The notes under the pieces: generated by a model
What the model was told of the DNA's origin: nothing
Seen by the model: only the letters and a program-made list of their open reading frames with translations
The model's database searches: none
Assembly (NCBI GenBank): GCA_019828565.1
Contig: JAHDYR010000005.1
Span: 602,829 to 666,828, forward strand
DNA from: Carpediemonas membranifera BICM
Lineage: Eukaryota > Protista > Fornicata
Direction of reading: 5' to 3'
DNA: 64,000 nt
Made by a program: the position numbers and the translations under genes
In this document: positions 52,822 through 64,000 of the stretch, one piece after another
Layout of the letters: every line of letters begins with the position of its first letter
Numbering within the stretch: position 1 is the stretch's first letter

Positions 52822-53686
52822 AGGTAAGTACTAGTACTGTGGTTTGGAAGAGAAAGAGTTTACGAGTAAAAAGAGGTTTGGACCCTCCCAGGGATATTGG
52901 TAGATATTAATACTGACTACAGGGGTCCTTCGGGCCCCCGTTCTGCCTGGCACCCGCAAGGCCTTGCCCTGCACACCCGCCACCGGGGCCTTCTGCTCGG
53001 TTTCCCCCTACAGGGCTCCTCTCAGGGATATGTTCTCCATACCATTCGACCCAGTTTGCAATTTTTCAGGCACCCGCCGAAGCGGTTTCGGGCTTGGCGT
53101 TTGCCGTACCACGCAATTGGGCCAGTTATGAAACCCACCGATCATCGCTGGGTAGCTATATGATTCACGGCTGCGTTCGGGCTCTTCCACACTTTCCGTT
53201 CCGGCATGGATCCCCTCCTCAAGGATTTGTTCCCTATAGGGCTTCTTCCTAGCTTCCGGCTGGTTCCAAGTTTTTGGGTGCCGGGCCGTTCGGCGCAGCT
53301 CTGATTTGGTCCAGGTGCCGCCCAGGTGGTATTGTTGCCTTATGGTTACCCTCCTGTTTGGCTGCTGCGCCCCGATACCTCGCACGTACGTGTATACATG
53401 TGCATACGTGCCCCGCCCTATGGCTCTGGGCTATTTCTTATACGTGTGAAGAGTGTGCCGGTTCTGCCGGCTGAATGTTGTCTACGTTCCCAGTATGGGT
53501 GAGCGTTTGTGTGTTAGCGAGATTAGTGTTCGGGGTTGAGTCCCCCTTCCGCGGCTGGGTGCTACCGGGATACGTGGGGCTTGCGTCCCCCGCTGATCCC
53601 AGGAGCGCTCCGCTTCGGTTGAGGCGGGGGGTTGGATCCCAGTTTGACCCTGGTCCCAGAGGTCATAGGATTCTGGGATGGTGTAC

Positions 53687-56600
53687 TTACCCGTCTTTCC
53701 GGAGGTTCAGAAGGGCACGTCTGCCGTTCTGCAGTCCCTCTCTGACGGTATGGTCCTCGCTGCGGAGGAGCCAGAGCATTTCCAGGATTGCCCTTGAGTT
53801 GTACCACTCCGCCTCCTGCCCTTGCCTTAGGGCGTGGTACTGTGTGCGTAGATGCGCCTCTGCCAGGATGTCATTCCATCCTTCTGGGCGTTCTACCGCC
53901 TTGCATTGGCAGATGATGTGGCTTTGTGTTCCCAGGGGCTGGTTGTATGCCCATTCTGAGAGGATTTTGGTGGTTTCCGCCGCGGTTCTGGTGACAGTGT
54001 ACAGGCGAGTAATGGTGTCACCTTCTGAGTCCAGGGTACATAGGGGGCAACACCGCTTGATCCTGCTCAGGAGGGCCTGGGGCTGGCCGATCGCGCTCCC
54101 AAGTATGGCTCTGCTTCTGCCACTGTTGCTGGGGGAGGGGAGTGTGTTGGATGCAGTCATGATTACTCTCTTGACTTCCCGTCTGGTTATCATCTCACCC
54201 TTGATCATTCCTCCGGGAGGGGGCGCAGCCATGAGGCTGATGAATGGATGGGTGGACCTCCAGGCACACATGGAATGGCTGGCAGTCAAAAGGATAGTCA
54301 ACTACAGGGACCAGGATATACCAGTCAGAAACAGAGAATGGGGGCGGGGCACGGTTATGTGGGAAGCTAGGGAGAGAGTGCAGCATCTACTGGAGGGCAC
54401 CAGAGAGGGAGCCCCTAAACCAGCGCTACTGGATTATGGCATGGAAACGATCAGGAGGGGGTGGATGAAGCGGTGCAAAAGCCGTACGGCACTAGGACTA
54501 ATGGAAATCATGGGGACAAGGAAATTAAGCAAGTGTCTGCAAGGTAAGCCTACGGTAGACCGAAAGGCTGGGAAGGGGCAAAGCAGGGCGGAATGGAAGA
54601 GAATTGTATCCATTGCAGCCAATGTCAGCCCATCCCCATCGTCGGCAGAGAGAGGGGAGGGCCCTATGAGAGCCATCACAGAGCTGGCCCAAGGCGCTGA
54701 CCTGAAGAGAGAAATTAGCAGACTATGCCCCCTATGCTCGGAGGAGTCGGAGGTGAGCCTGTTCTACAGGATCATTAGGGAAAAGCCAGGACCAGCAAGG
54801 AAGCAGGAAATGATCAGGGGAGTGGGCAGAGGGCCAGAGGCTAGGATCGGCAGCGCACATAATCTGTGAATGCCCGGCAGTAGACAGGGGAGAAGCTTGG
54901 ACAAAGCTGTGGACAGCAGCGAAGCACAAAACTAAGGACTTGGAAGTAAGGCAGGGCCCCCAGGGCGAATGGTACCAGGAAAGACCCATCCTAGAATTAC
55001 AGCAACTAATAATATGGGGCTCGGAGGACATTTGGGAAGGCCTCACGGCAGGACTACGGGAACTGGCAAAGGTTTACAACAGCTTCAAGGTGGAATAGAA
55101 GCATGTCATGAACCCCTGACTCCAGGACCGGGAAGGGATGGACAAGGAATCAGCCATGGACCACCCTCGCTGGGTGCTAAGCTCCTGGGATCAGTGAGGA
55201 AAGGCCCCACGTATCCCGGTAGCCAGGAACCAAAGCAAGGGAAGGAACGACTGCAAGGAAATAACAGGAAGGACAGACCAGAAATAAGAAAGAAAGGACA
55301 TGCAACAAGGACAGAGCAAGGATAAGGTCAAGGAAATCCATATTCATATGGTTGCACCACTCGTTGGGACCCCAAGGAAACTGCAGGGACTGGCCACGGG
55401 GGTCGGAGGGGCACAGGTGCCCCTGCCGCCCTGTTAACGACATGGGAAACCAAGGACATGTAGTGCAAGCGAAATGTTGTAAGGGGTAACAGGGACAACC
55501 AGGCCTAGTGCCTGGGGCTGCCGCTGACCCACGCCACCTAACCGGGGTAGACAGCATGGACTTAGTCACTTTCCCCGCCTTCGGGTAGGCTTCTTAACAG
55601 AGTCGAGGGGGCATGGAATTGGGGAACCGGACAGACGAGAGGGTGCCGTGGCTGAACGGCTCTACAAGGACTGCAGGGAAGCAAGGAGTGTCATAGTCAA
55701 GGTCCTGCAGGACGATCCTGCCTGTCAATGCCCCGAGGACAGACCCCCAGGCTCCCCGGATAGTTGCCGGACTTTCAGGGAGACAGGAAAGCATATTTGC
55801 ACGGAGATGGCCGCAGGGCCTCTGGGGCGATTGGAATCGGCTTTCCGCGGAGACAGTAGCACCGAAAGCCCAAGGCAAACGCTGCTGACCAGTTTGCCAC
55901 GGGAAATAGGCAGTACCCCGGGGCACTCAGCTCCAAGACAACGGGAAACAAGCTCAGTCCGGGGTCAGAATCCAAGCACCATAAATTTCTTTCTTTCTTT
56001 CACCCTTGATCATTCCTGGTTTCTTGGGTCTCTTCCCTTGCTGCATGCTGAGGATGACTTCCGGGGCTAGTACTGTTGCCACCCCTTTGGCCGTTCGGCT
56101 CCCGGTGTGCAGTAGTTCTTCTGCTGTGAGGGTCCAGCCTCCCCTCTTTGCTCTTTCCCTGGCGGGCATCTCCTCCTGTGTGCCCTGGAGGACGCTCCGT
56201 CGCCATTGGTAGAGGCGATGTAAGACCGATCCTCTCTCCGCTGTCGCCCAGTCCAGATTCCCTAGGGGGGTCGGACGGTCCGGGTCGTGCGCAGACTCAT
56301 AGAGCCTCACCGCTCTCTGCCCCATATCTGCCTCCCAGCACATCCATCCCATTAGTACACGGGCGGCTCCTCCTCCCCCTGGTCCTGTGCCTGCCATTAG
56401 GCCGCGCCAGTTGTTCCAGATGGCTCTTCCCCTGGCGCTTGGCCCCAGATCTCGATCCCGAACTCGATCTTGGGCCAGAGGAAGGTTCTGAGGATGGATT
56501 CCGAGGTGGCGGCCGGGGTGGATCCTTTGGTCCACCCTGCTCTCCTTGCCAGGGCTAGGTATTTCCGGGATTGTGACGTCTTCATTTTGATGCATGCTGC

Positions 56601-58867
56601 CAACGGATTCTTCCCGCTGGCTAGCCAGAGTCCCAGATACCTTGCTGAGTCTGACGCCAGTGTGGGAGTTCCTTGGATGCTGACCGCTGCAGTTACGTCG
56701 GTACTTATCACCACACTTTTGCCTGGGCTGGTCTGGAGTCCATGGGCTTCAATTACCCTGACCACTGCGTCTGTGCCTTCTTCGGCGAGCTGTGGGGTCT
56801 CGGCTGAGATGCTTGTATCATCTACAAACATTGCAATGAGGCAGTTTTTGGGCCTATCGTCCGTTGGAGGGAGGCAGGGGTCCGGGATCTCTCTATGCCG
56901 GAGGTACAGTGCCGCCTGGCTTAGCCAGTTAGCTGTGAAGAGAATGAACAGAGTGGGGGCCACCACACATCCTTGCTTGACCCCCATGTTTGTTCTGGAC
57001 CATGTGCTTGCCCCTCGTACCGAGATGTACGTTTCTGTAAGTGTATTTCGGATGGCCCTCGTCAGTCTTGGGTGTACCCCCATGAGCGTCAACTTGTTCA
57101 CCAGCAGGTCCCTTGGGACCGTATCATATGCTTTTGCTATGTCAAGTAGGACGCTGGTACGGTTTCCGGACTGGTGGAGTTGGGCTAGGAGGGCTATGTG
57201 ATCCACTACAGTTTTCCCTTTCATGAACCCAACTTGCTCTCTGGGGATGAACTTCTCCACCGTCGGCCTGAGGCGCCATTTCAGTATCCTCCCGTAGGCT
57301 CTGTATAGGAGGGGGGGTGAGGGAGATCGGTCTGTACGAGCTGGGCGTGAGCTTGTCCTTCCCAACCTTGTGGATAGGCGACACCGCTGCATACTTCCAT
57401 GTGGTTGGCATGGTCCCGTTGTCGTATACTTTCGCGAGCAGGACTGTGATTGCCTCGTACGCTGACTCGGGGAGGTCCCTCAGACAATCTCCAATAATCC
57501 CGTCCGGGCCTCCGGCCGAGGACTTCCTTATGGACTTGACCGCCGCTGTCACTTCTTCAAGCGATGGCGGATGGTCCTCCATGTCCGTTTCCGGCTCGGT
57601 TTCCCAGGTGGGTTCCCAGGTGGGTTCCTTCCCGGAGCTTACCTTCGCGTACTGTTCCTGGAGGGAGTCTGCAATCTCCCTCTGCCTTGCTAGAATCTTG
57701 TTTCCAGCCTTCAGCATCACCGGGAGACCGGCGTGCTGCTTCTCGTTCCAGAAGCGGAACACTTGGTTTGCGAGGATCCTTTTTGTCGTTTTGTACCCAT
57801 CACGGGATCCAACCTCAACCTGCTCATTCCAGTCCTGTTGGAAGGTCCTCCATGATCTGCTCAGTGCTCCGTTGAGGGACTTTTTTGATATCTTTGGCGG
57901 CGGTTTTTGCTCCAGGTGGAGGCTTTGGCCAGCCGTTCCCATACCTCACTAGGGATACGTTCCTGGTTTTCTACAGCGAATGGGTGCCTTCTGGAGGTAG
58001 CAAACCCGGTGGACAACCATTTCCTTATGAGAGTCTCCATCTCGTCCACTGGTATTTTTGCTGTCTAGTGGTGGCCACTCTTCTAGCTTGGGCCCTGTTC
58101 TCCTGGGTTTGACCAGCCACGTATCGATCCGTGGGATTTCCAGTCTCTTTGATATCTCTGGTTTCCCTGTCGGGTTGCTATCCCAGGTGAGCTCTATGGC
58201 TTTTGTGTGCCGACCCCCAGTGCCCGATTGTGGTCTTGTCTATTACCCTAACAACCGGGTTTTGGATACCCCCTGTTACCGCTGCATAGTCTATTGTGGA
58301 CGTTCGGGAGTTAGTCCCGTACGTCGGTGCAGTTGGTGCTATTGGGGTGAGGTTCCATCGCTGGAGGGTCATCGCAGTTGCTTGCCTGAGTTTCCCTGGC
58401 CTCCTGTTCCAGTCCCCGATGATGATGATGTCACACCCCTCATAGTTCGCGACGGTTTGCTCTAGCATCCGGTCGAACTCCTCAATCTCGGGTCGTGCAC
58501 ATCCACTATCGGGAGCGTAGATATTGATGACTGCCGTGGCCCTCGATGCTTTGAGGATGCTTACTTGGATTCGTGGGTTCGTCCCGTCGGACACGCCTAC
58601 GTCCCATTCCGCTTTGGAGTGCGGGCTAATCAGTGTGGCCAGTCCCTTTGTGGGTCGCTTGCGCGTTGCCTCTAATGGCTTGACCTCTCCTGCACAGGCG
58701 TACTGGAGATCTACCCAGCAAGGGATGGTGGTATTACCGTACCGCTTGGTTTCCTGGAGGAGGATCGCATCAGTCCTTATCCTCTTGCGGATGGATAAAG
58801 CTATGGATCCGCTGTAATCGTTTGCGCCCGCTAGGTGCCCTTCGCTGTTTAGCGATATTATTCTCAT
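53687..58867 (-). pseudogene. LINE A ORF2 (AP endonuclease-RT-Cys/His domain), frameshifted and interrupted at 54213-56000
   Basis: APE: ISLN, LLQET, NIYAP, IIIGDWN, STIDY. RT: GPDGI, YRPISL, LDIAKAYD, GVKQG, FVDD, YLG. C-terminal CPLC...HIICQC. Confidence 0.88.
54213..56000 (+). mobile_element. 5'-truncated LINE family B copy, inserted antisense into LINE A ORF2
   Basis: 17-bp TSD CACCCTTGATCATTCCT (54196-54212 and 56001-56017) and tail TAAATTTCTTTCTTTCTTT. Reverse complement of about 61394-63182. Confidence 0.93.
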
Positions 58868-59441
58868 TCAGGTTGTTCTGACATAAACTGCGGGAGTTAC
58901 CCTGCGCGCACTAATCTGCTCTTTGTAGACATTCCCTTTTTGGGCGTACCTTTTTGGTGGGTTGCTGAGGCCTCTAACCGAGCAGTCGTTTCCTTTTGGG
59001 CAGGCTTGTGCCTGTATTCCCTTAGTTCCCGGCCTAGGGCATACCATTCCCTTTCACAGTCGGGGCCTCACGATGCTTGTCGGCATTGCTGCCGGTCTCC
59101 GCTTAGCTTCCTTCCTCGCCGCATGGCAGGACCATTACCTAACGAGCTTAGGTGGGAGCGACAGTGGTTGTTGCCCCCTCCCAAGGCTGGAGTTACAGCC
59201 TGCCGGACAGGCAGGGCTCTTTTTACCTTTTGGTAACCCTGCCCCCGGCCCCTGTGGGGCACAGGGGTTTGTTGAAAAGGAATGTGTTGCATTTTTGCTC
59301 CCGCCGGAATGGTTCGCCGGTGTCCATTTGGACTTTAAGGCCCTACTAGTCACAGCCTGGCCATACATGCTGGTTCATATATACACTTTTAGCTCAGACT
59401 TATATCACACTACCCTCTGCACCTCTTACTTATGATTGTTT

Positions 59442-61393
59442 CTACTCTCCTTCCTTCTCCTCGCCTCTCTTCCTTCTCAGGTCAGACCTGAAGTTATCCA
59501 TCTTGGCTGCTAGGGTGAAGCTGAGGGCTTCGTTGGTTGCCGAGAGTCGGGCCGCGCGGCTGAGTAAGTCCTCGTTCTCTTCGGTTAGAGACGAGCACTT
59601 CTCCGTTGTCTTCCTGAGGTCCTTCCGCATCTCGTCCAACGCAGCTTGGGCTGCTCTCCGGGCTTCCCGTTCTTCCTCCAGCTCCTGGCTTTTGGCCTTG
59701 AGCTCGTTGATGGTTCTGGCTGCAGCTTCTTCCAGCTGTTGTCTGACCTCTGCTTCTCGCCGGGCCATGGCTTGGTCCAGCAGGGCCGCTATGCCTCTGC
59801 CCAGGTCGGTGTCCTCCTGTCGTGCTCTTTTTGGGCTGCAGGTCCTCTTGGTCCACCTGTCTGACCTGGCGGGTCTTGGCTGATGGGTTGGGGGGTATGG
59901 GGGGCATAGCTCTTAGTTGGAGGGGGCCCGGGCTCTGTTCGCTCTGTCCTGCTACTTTGCGGTTGTTCAGTGACAATTTGCCCGCGTGGAGGGCCATATA
60001 GGCCCCCTATGCCGCCATTCGGCAGGTAGACCTCCGTCCTCCTGTGGAGCATCTTGGCGAGTTCAGTAGCCCTTCGTCTCACCTTTGTTCGAAGCGCCTG
60101 CTTCCTCTCGGTCCTCAGTCTGTTCTTGGCGTTAGTGCTGGCGCCTTCCGGGAAAACACAGTTCAGCGTGTCCCATGGCTTCCCCCCTTTTGGGTGTTCC
60201 ACGCCTGAGCCCGCCAGGGCGAGTTTGCCTATCCAGGAGGCGCTCCTCAAGGTGCCCACTCGCCTCTTCCCTCTTTCTGCTGGTTCATCCGTGATACCCC
60301 CAGTCCCGGGGGAGGAACGAGGGGAGGAAGTTGATGGAGCCTGTCTCCGGGTCGACACACATGTTGGCCAGGAGTTCTCGATCGTCGGCTGGGACCTCCG
60401 TGAAGTAGTTGAAGATCTTCTTCCTGGCTTCTCTGCCCATGTGGCCTCCAGCTATGTCGAATTTGTGGACGGGCATCAAAGACGCCGCTTGGGATAGGGT
60501 CATCGTTTTGGTGTCGCTGACGTCTAGAGTAAGCATCTTTTCCGCGTCTATTTCCGTGGGCTCCCCCCTCAGGTTCGCCCAAGGGAAACCGTCTTGGACA
60601 GCGCGGCGGCGCCCGTTCCACTCCGAGTGGATTTCCAGGAGGATGGGTCGCGCTGGTTCGCCTACTCTCGCGAGCGATTCTGGGTTTCCGATGATCACGG
60701 CTGTTCCTTCCAGGGCTCTGGTGATACCCTTTCCGGAGCTGAAATCGTTTTCCTCCCAGTTGGTCATGATAATCTGGCCCCGTTTGGGGTTCTTGGTGCC
60801 AAAGAGGTTGACTTGTTGGGACAATGGGGTTAGGCGACCGGCCGCCACGGTGCCGAGGCCGTGTCTGGCGTTGACTTTGGTCGCCAGGTCCTTGTATTCA
60901 TCATGGTACGGCGACTCCCTGCCCATGAGCATGCTTCCTAGGGCTGTGAGGTGGGCTTCTACCTGCCCCCAGTCCCAGCCTGGGTTGTCTCTCATCCAGA
61001 ACGCTGTTGCTAGTCTGGCGTAGAATATGGAGACATCTGCTAGGGCGCAGTGGCAGTGGTGGGGTGCGTGCTTGTGATAGGGGCACACCAATTTTGCCTC
61101 CGGGCGCTGTTGGTACCTTCTGGTCCAGGTCCGGCCCAGTTCGGACTGGGGTCGGGAGGGGAGGCCGGTGAGGCTCTTCTCCCCACTATTGGGGTAGAAC
61201 CAGGTCAGCGTGTCGAGGATGTTGGGGAAGATCGTGTTGAGGTCAGTTTCATCCATGAGGCGTAAGCTTAGCCAGGTGCGGAGGTTCCCGTCTGGGACGA
61301 ACTTCTCACTGGTCAGGATGCTTCTCTCAGCCTCGACTCCCTTAGCCACGATGTGGACGTGGGTCTTCTGTGGCCCCGAGTCGTCTTCCAGTC
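59442..61393 (-). pseudogene. LINE A ORF1-like region (frameshifted), with a Cys/His cluster and C-terminal coiled coil
   Basis: ORF pieces 60285-61349, 59789-60358 and 59442-59768 lie upstream of ORF2 on the same strand. Motif CPYHKHAPHHCHC. Confidence 0.6.
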
Positions 61394-64000
61394 AGAAAGA
61401 AATTTATGGTGCTTGGATTCTGACCCCGGACTGAGCTTGTTTCCCGTTGTCTTGGAGCTGAGTGCCCCGGGGTACTGCCTATTTCCCGTGGCAAACTGGT
61501 CAGCAGCGTTTGCCTTGGGCTTTCGGTGCTACTGTCTCCGCGGAAAGCCGATTCCAATCGCCCCAGAGGCCCTGCGGCCATCTCCGTGCAAATATGCTTT
61601 CCTGTCTCCCTGAAAGTCCGGCAACTATCCGGGGAGCCTGGGGGTCTGTCCTCGGGGCATTGACAGGCAGGATCGTCCTGCAGGACCTTGACTATGACAC
61701 TCCTTGCTTCCCTGCAGTCCTTGTAGAGCCGTTCAGCCACGGCACCCTCTCGTCTGTCCGGTTCCCCAATTCCATGCCCCCTCGACTCTGTTAGGAAGCC
61801 TACCCGAAGGCGGGGAAAGTGACTAAGTCCATGCTGTCTACCCCGGTTAGGTGGCGTGGGTCAGGGCATGGGTGGTGTTACCCCAGGCACTAGGCCTGGT
61901 TGTCCTGTTACCCCTTACAACATTTCGCTTGCACTACATGTCCTTGGTTTCCCATGTCGTTAACAAGGGCGGCAGGGGCACCTGTGCCCCTCCGACCCCC
62001 GTGGCCAGTCCCTGCAGTTTCCTTGGGGTCCCAACGAGTGGTGCAACCATATGAATATGGATTTCCTTGACCTTATCCTTGCTCTGTCCTTGTTGCATGT
62101 CCTTTCTTTCTTATTTCTGGTCTGTCCTTCCTGTTCTTTCCTTGCAGTCGTTCCTTCCCTTGCTTTGGTTCCTGGCTACCGGGATACGTGGGGCCTTTCC
62201 TCACTGATCCCAGGAGCTTAGCACCAGCGAGGGTGGTCCATAGCTGATTCCTTGTCCATCCCTTCCCGGTCCTGGAGTCAGGGGTTCATGACATGCTTCT
62301 ATTCCACCTTGAAGCTGTTGTAAACCTTTGCCAGTTCCCGTAGTCCTGCCGTGAGGCCTTCCCAAATGTCCTCCGAGCCCCATATTATTAGTTGCTGTAA
62401 TTCTAGGATGGGTCTTTCCTGGTACCATTCGCCCTGGGGGCCCTGCCTTACTTCCAAGTCCTTAGTTTTGTGCTTCGCTGCTGTCCACAGCTTTGTCCAA
62501 GCTTCTCCCCTGTCTACTGCCGGGCATTCACAGATTATGTGCGCTGCCGATCCTAGCCTCTGGCCCTCTGCCCACTCCCTGATCATTTCCTGCTTCCTTG
62601 CTGGTCCTGGCTTTTCCCTAATGATCCTGTAGAACAGGCTCACCTCCGACTCCTCCGAGCATAGGGGGCATAGTCTGCTAATTTCTCTCTTCAGGTCAGC
62701 GCCTTGGGCCAGCTCTGTGATGGCTCTCATAGGGCCCTCCCCTCTCTCTGCCGACGATGGGGATGGGCTGACATTGGCTGCAATGGATACAATTCTCTTC
62801 CATTCCGCCCTGCTTTGCCCCTTCCCAGCCTTTCGGTCTACCGTAGGCTTACCTTGCAGACACTTGCTTAATTTCCTTGTCCCCATGATTTCCATTAGTC
62901 CTAGTGCCGTACGGCTTTTGCACCGCTTCATCCACCCCCTCCTGATCGTTTCCATGCCATAATCCAGTAGCGCTGGTTTAGGGGCTCCCTCTCTGGTGCC
63001 CTCCAGTAGATGCTGCACTCTCTCCCTAGCTTCCCACATAACCGTGCCCCGCCCCCATTCTCTGTTTCTGACTGGTATATCCTGGTCCCTGTAGTTGACT
63101 ATCCTTTTGACTGCCAGCCATTCCATGTGTGCCTGGAGGTCCACCCATCCATTCATCAGCCTCATGGCTGCGCCCCCTCCGGTCCTGTTCCTGCCATGAT
63201 TCTCTGCCAGTCATTCCAGATCCTTCTACCTCCCGGTGCGTTCCCCCACACCTCGACTCCGAAGAGGATCCTGGGCCATATATATATTTCCAGTAGTAGC
63301 CTGCTCGCTAGTGCTGGCATGTTTGCCCTGGTCCACCCTGCCCATCTCACCAGTCTCTTGTACCTTTCGCTCTGCTCCTGTTTCCGCCTTATGCAGGCCG
63401 ACATAGGGTCCTTCCCACTTGCGATCCATAATCCCAGGTATCTCGCCTCCTTCTCTGGCAGTAGTGTTACCCCCTCGATCCTGACTAGGGCTGTTCTGTC
63501 CACGCTAATCATTACATTCTTCTGGGCGTTCACCCTCATTTCATGCTCTCTGATTATGTCCACCATTATGTTGGCGACCATCTGGCTATGCTCCGGCTTG
63601 CTCCCTGTGACCGCAGTGTCATCCACAAACATGGTAAGTGCTGCCGGTAGTCGGTCGCTGAGGGTGGCTCGTGGTCCTTGGCGGTTCTCTGATGTCGTAC
63701 CGTTCTCCCTTGATTTTTCTTTCTGGCCAGGTGGGGCCAGTTAGCCATGAACAGCACAAACAGTGTCGGTGCCAGGACGCGCCCTTGCTTTCCCTGTTGG
63801 TTCACCCGTGCCTTTTGCTCGTTGTCGGGTTTGTTGCGGTTTGCCTGATCCGGTTGACATCACTTTACTTTCGCGGCAGCCGATTCCGTGGGTGCGGCAT
63901 TTCGTTATTGCGGGAGGTTTGATGATTCCTTAACAGCGCCGCCGCCCGCTATGGTCATATCTCCGCCCAGCGCCATCTGTCCCTTCCATTCTTCGTTTAG
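61394..64000 (-). mobile_element. Second LINE family B copy (RT C-terminal part, Cys/His domain, 3' UTR); sequence degrades beyond about 63780
   Basis: LAPTLFVLF, MFVDD, YLGLW and CPLC...HIICEC. The tail TAAATTTCTTTCT ends at 61394. Confidence 0.88.

Larger units (their letters stand above)
46887..52921 (-). mobile_element. Ty3/Gypsy chromovirus-like LTR retrotransposon 2, apparently intact
   Basis: Identical 84-bp TG...CA LTRs (52838-52921 and 46887-46970), 4-bp TSD GGGG and a polypurine tract at 46971-46980. Confidence 0.96.
46631..61393 (-). mobile_element. APE-RT non-LTR retrotransposon (LINE family A), host to three nested insertions; 5' end not visible
   Basis: 3' tail TAAATTTCTTTCTTTC ends at 46631. 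The 3' UTR is split by Gypsy 2, ORF2 is split by LINE B, and ORF1 is cut at 61393 by another LINE B. Confidence 0.85.

Noticed and set aside
63780-64000. New element or gene at the window end
   Set aside because: The LINE B RT frame decays into uninterpretable sequence, probably divergent or low-quality consensus.

Overview
GC-rich, gene-dense eukaryotic (protist-type) DNA. It uses the standard code and has tiny 28-34 nt GT-AG introns ending in YTYAY-NYAG. Flagellar genes are present. A metamonad/fornicate-like flagellate is my inference. 1-3464 is the 3' part of a tyrosine-recombinase retrotransposon (DIRS/PAT type) with split direct repeats, followed by a tRNA-Ile(GAU). 3.9-39.6 kb is mostly single-copy genes: RNF212/Zip3-like, RPS17, eIF3d, TPR, NIF pseudo-phosphatase, WDR3/Utp12, ODAD2/ARMC4, DOCK, CDKL, PAS histidine kinase, enkurin-domain and LRR proteins. 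It also holds a 1.1-kb inverted repeat pair, a solo remnant of the YR element, and a decayed Fanzor (TnpB-like) gene between direct repeats. 41.3-64 kb is a nested retroelement pile on a 145-bp tandem repeat: two chromodomain Ty3/Gypsy elements and two related APE-RT LINE families. Best candidate for something new: both Gypsy elements have very short, identical LTR pairs (108 and 84 bp), no TGG/tRNA primer-binding site, and a perfect 12-bp palindrome exactly where the PBS should be. This suggests tRNA-independent priming by RNA dimer or self-pairing. Also notable: an intron-containing antisense chromodomain-like gene inside one Gypsy element, a hammerhead-like fold with a core deletion in the tandem repeat, the Fanzor with direct repeats, and the G34 tRNA-Ile. 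All family assignments are from motif recognition; no database search was run.
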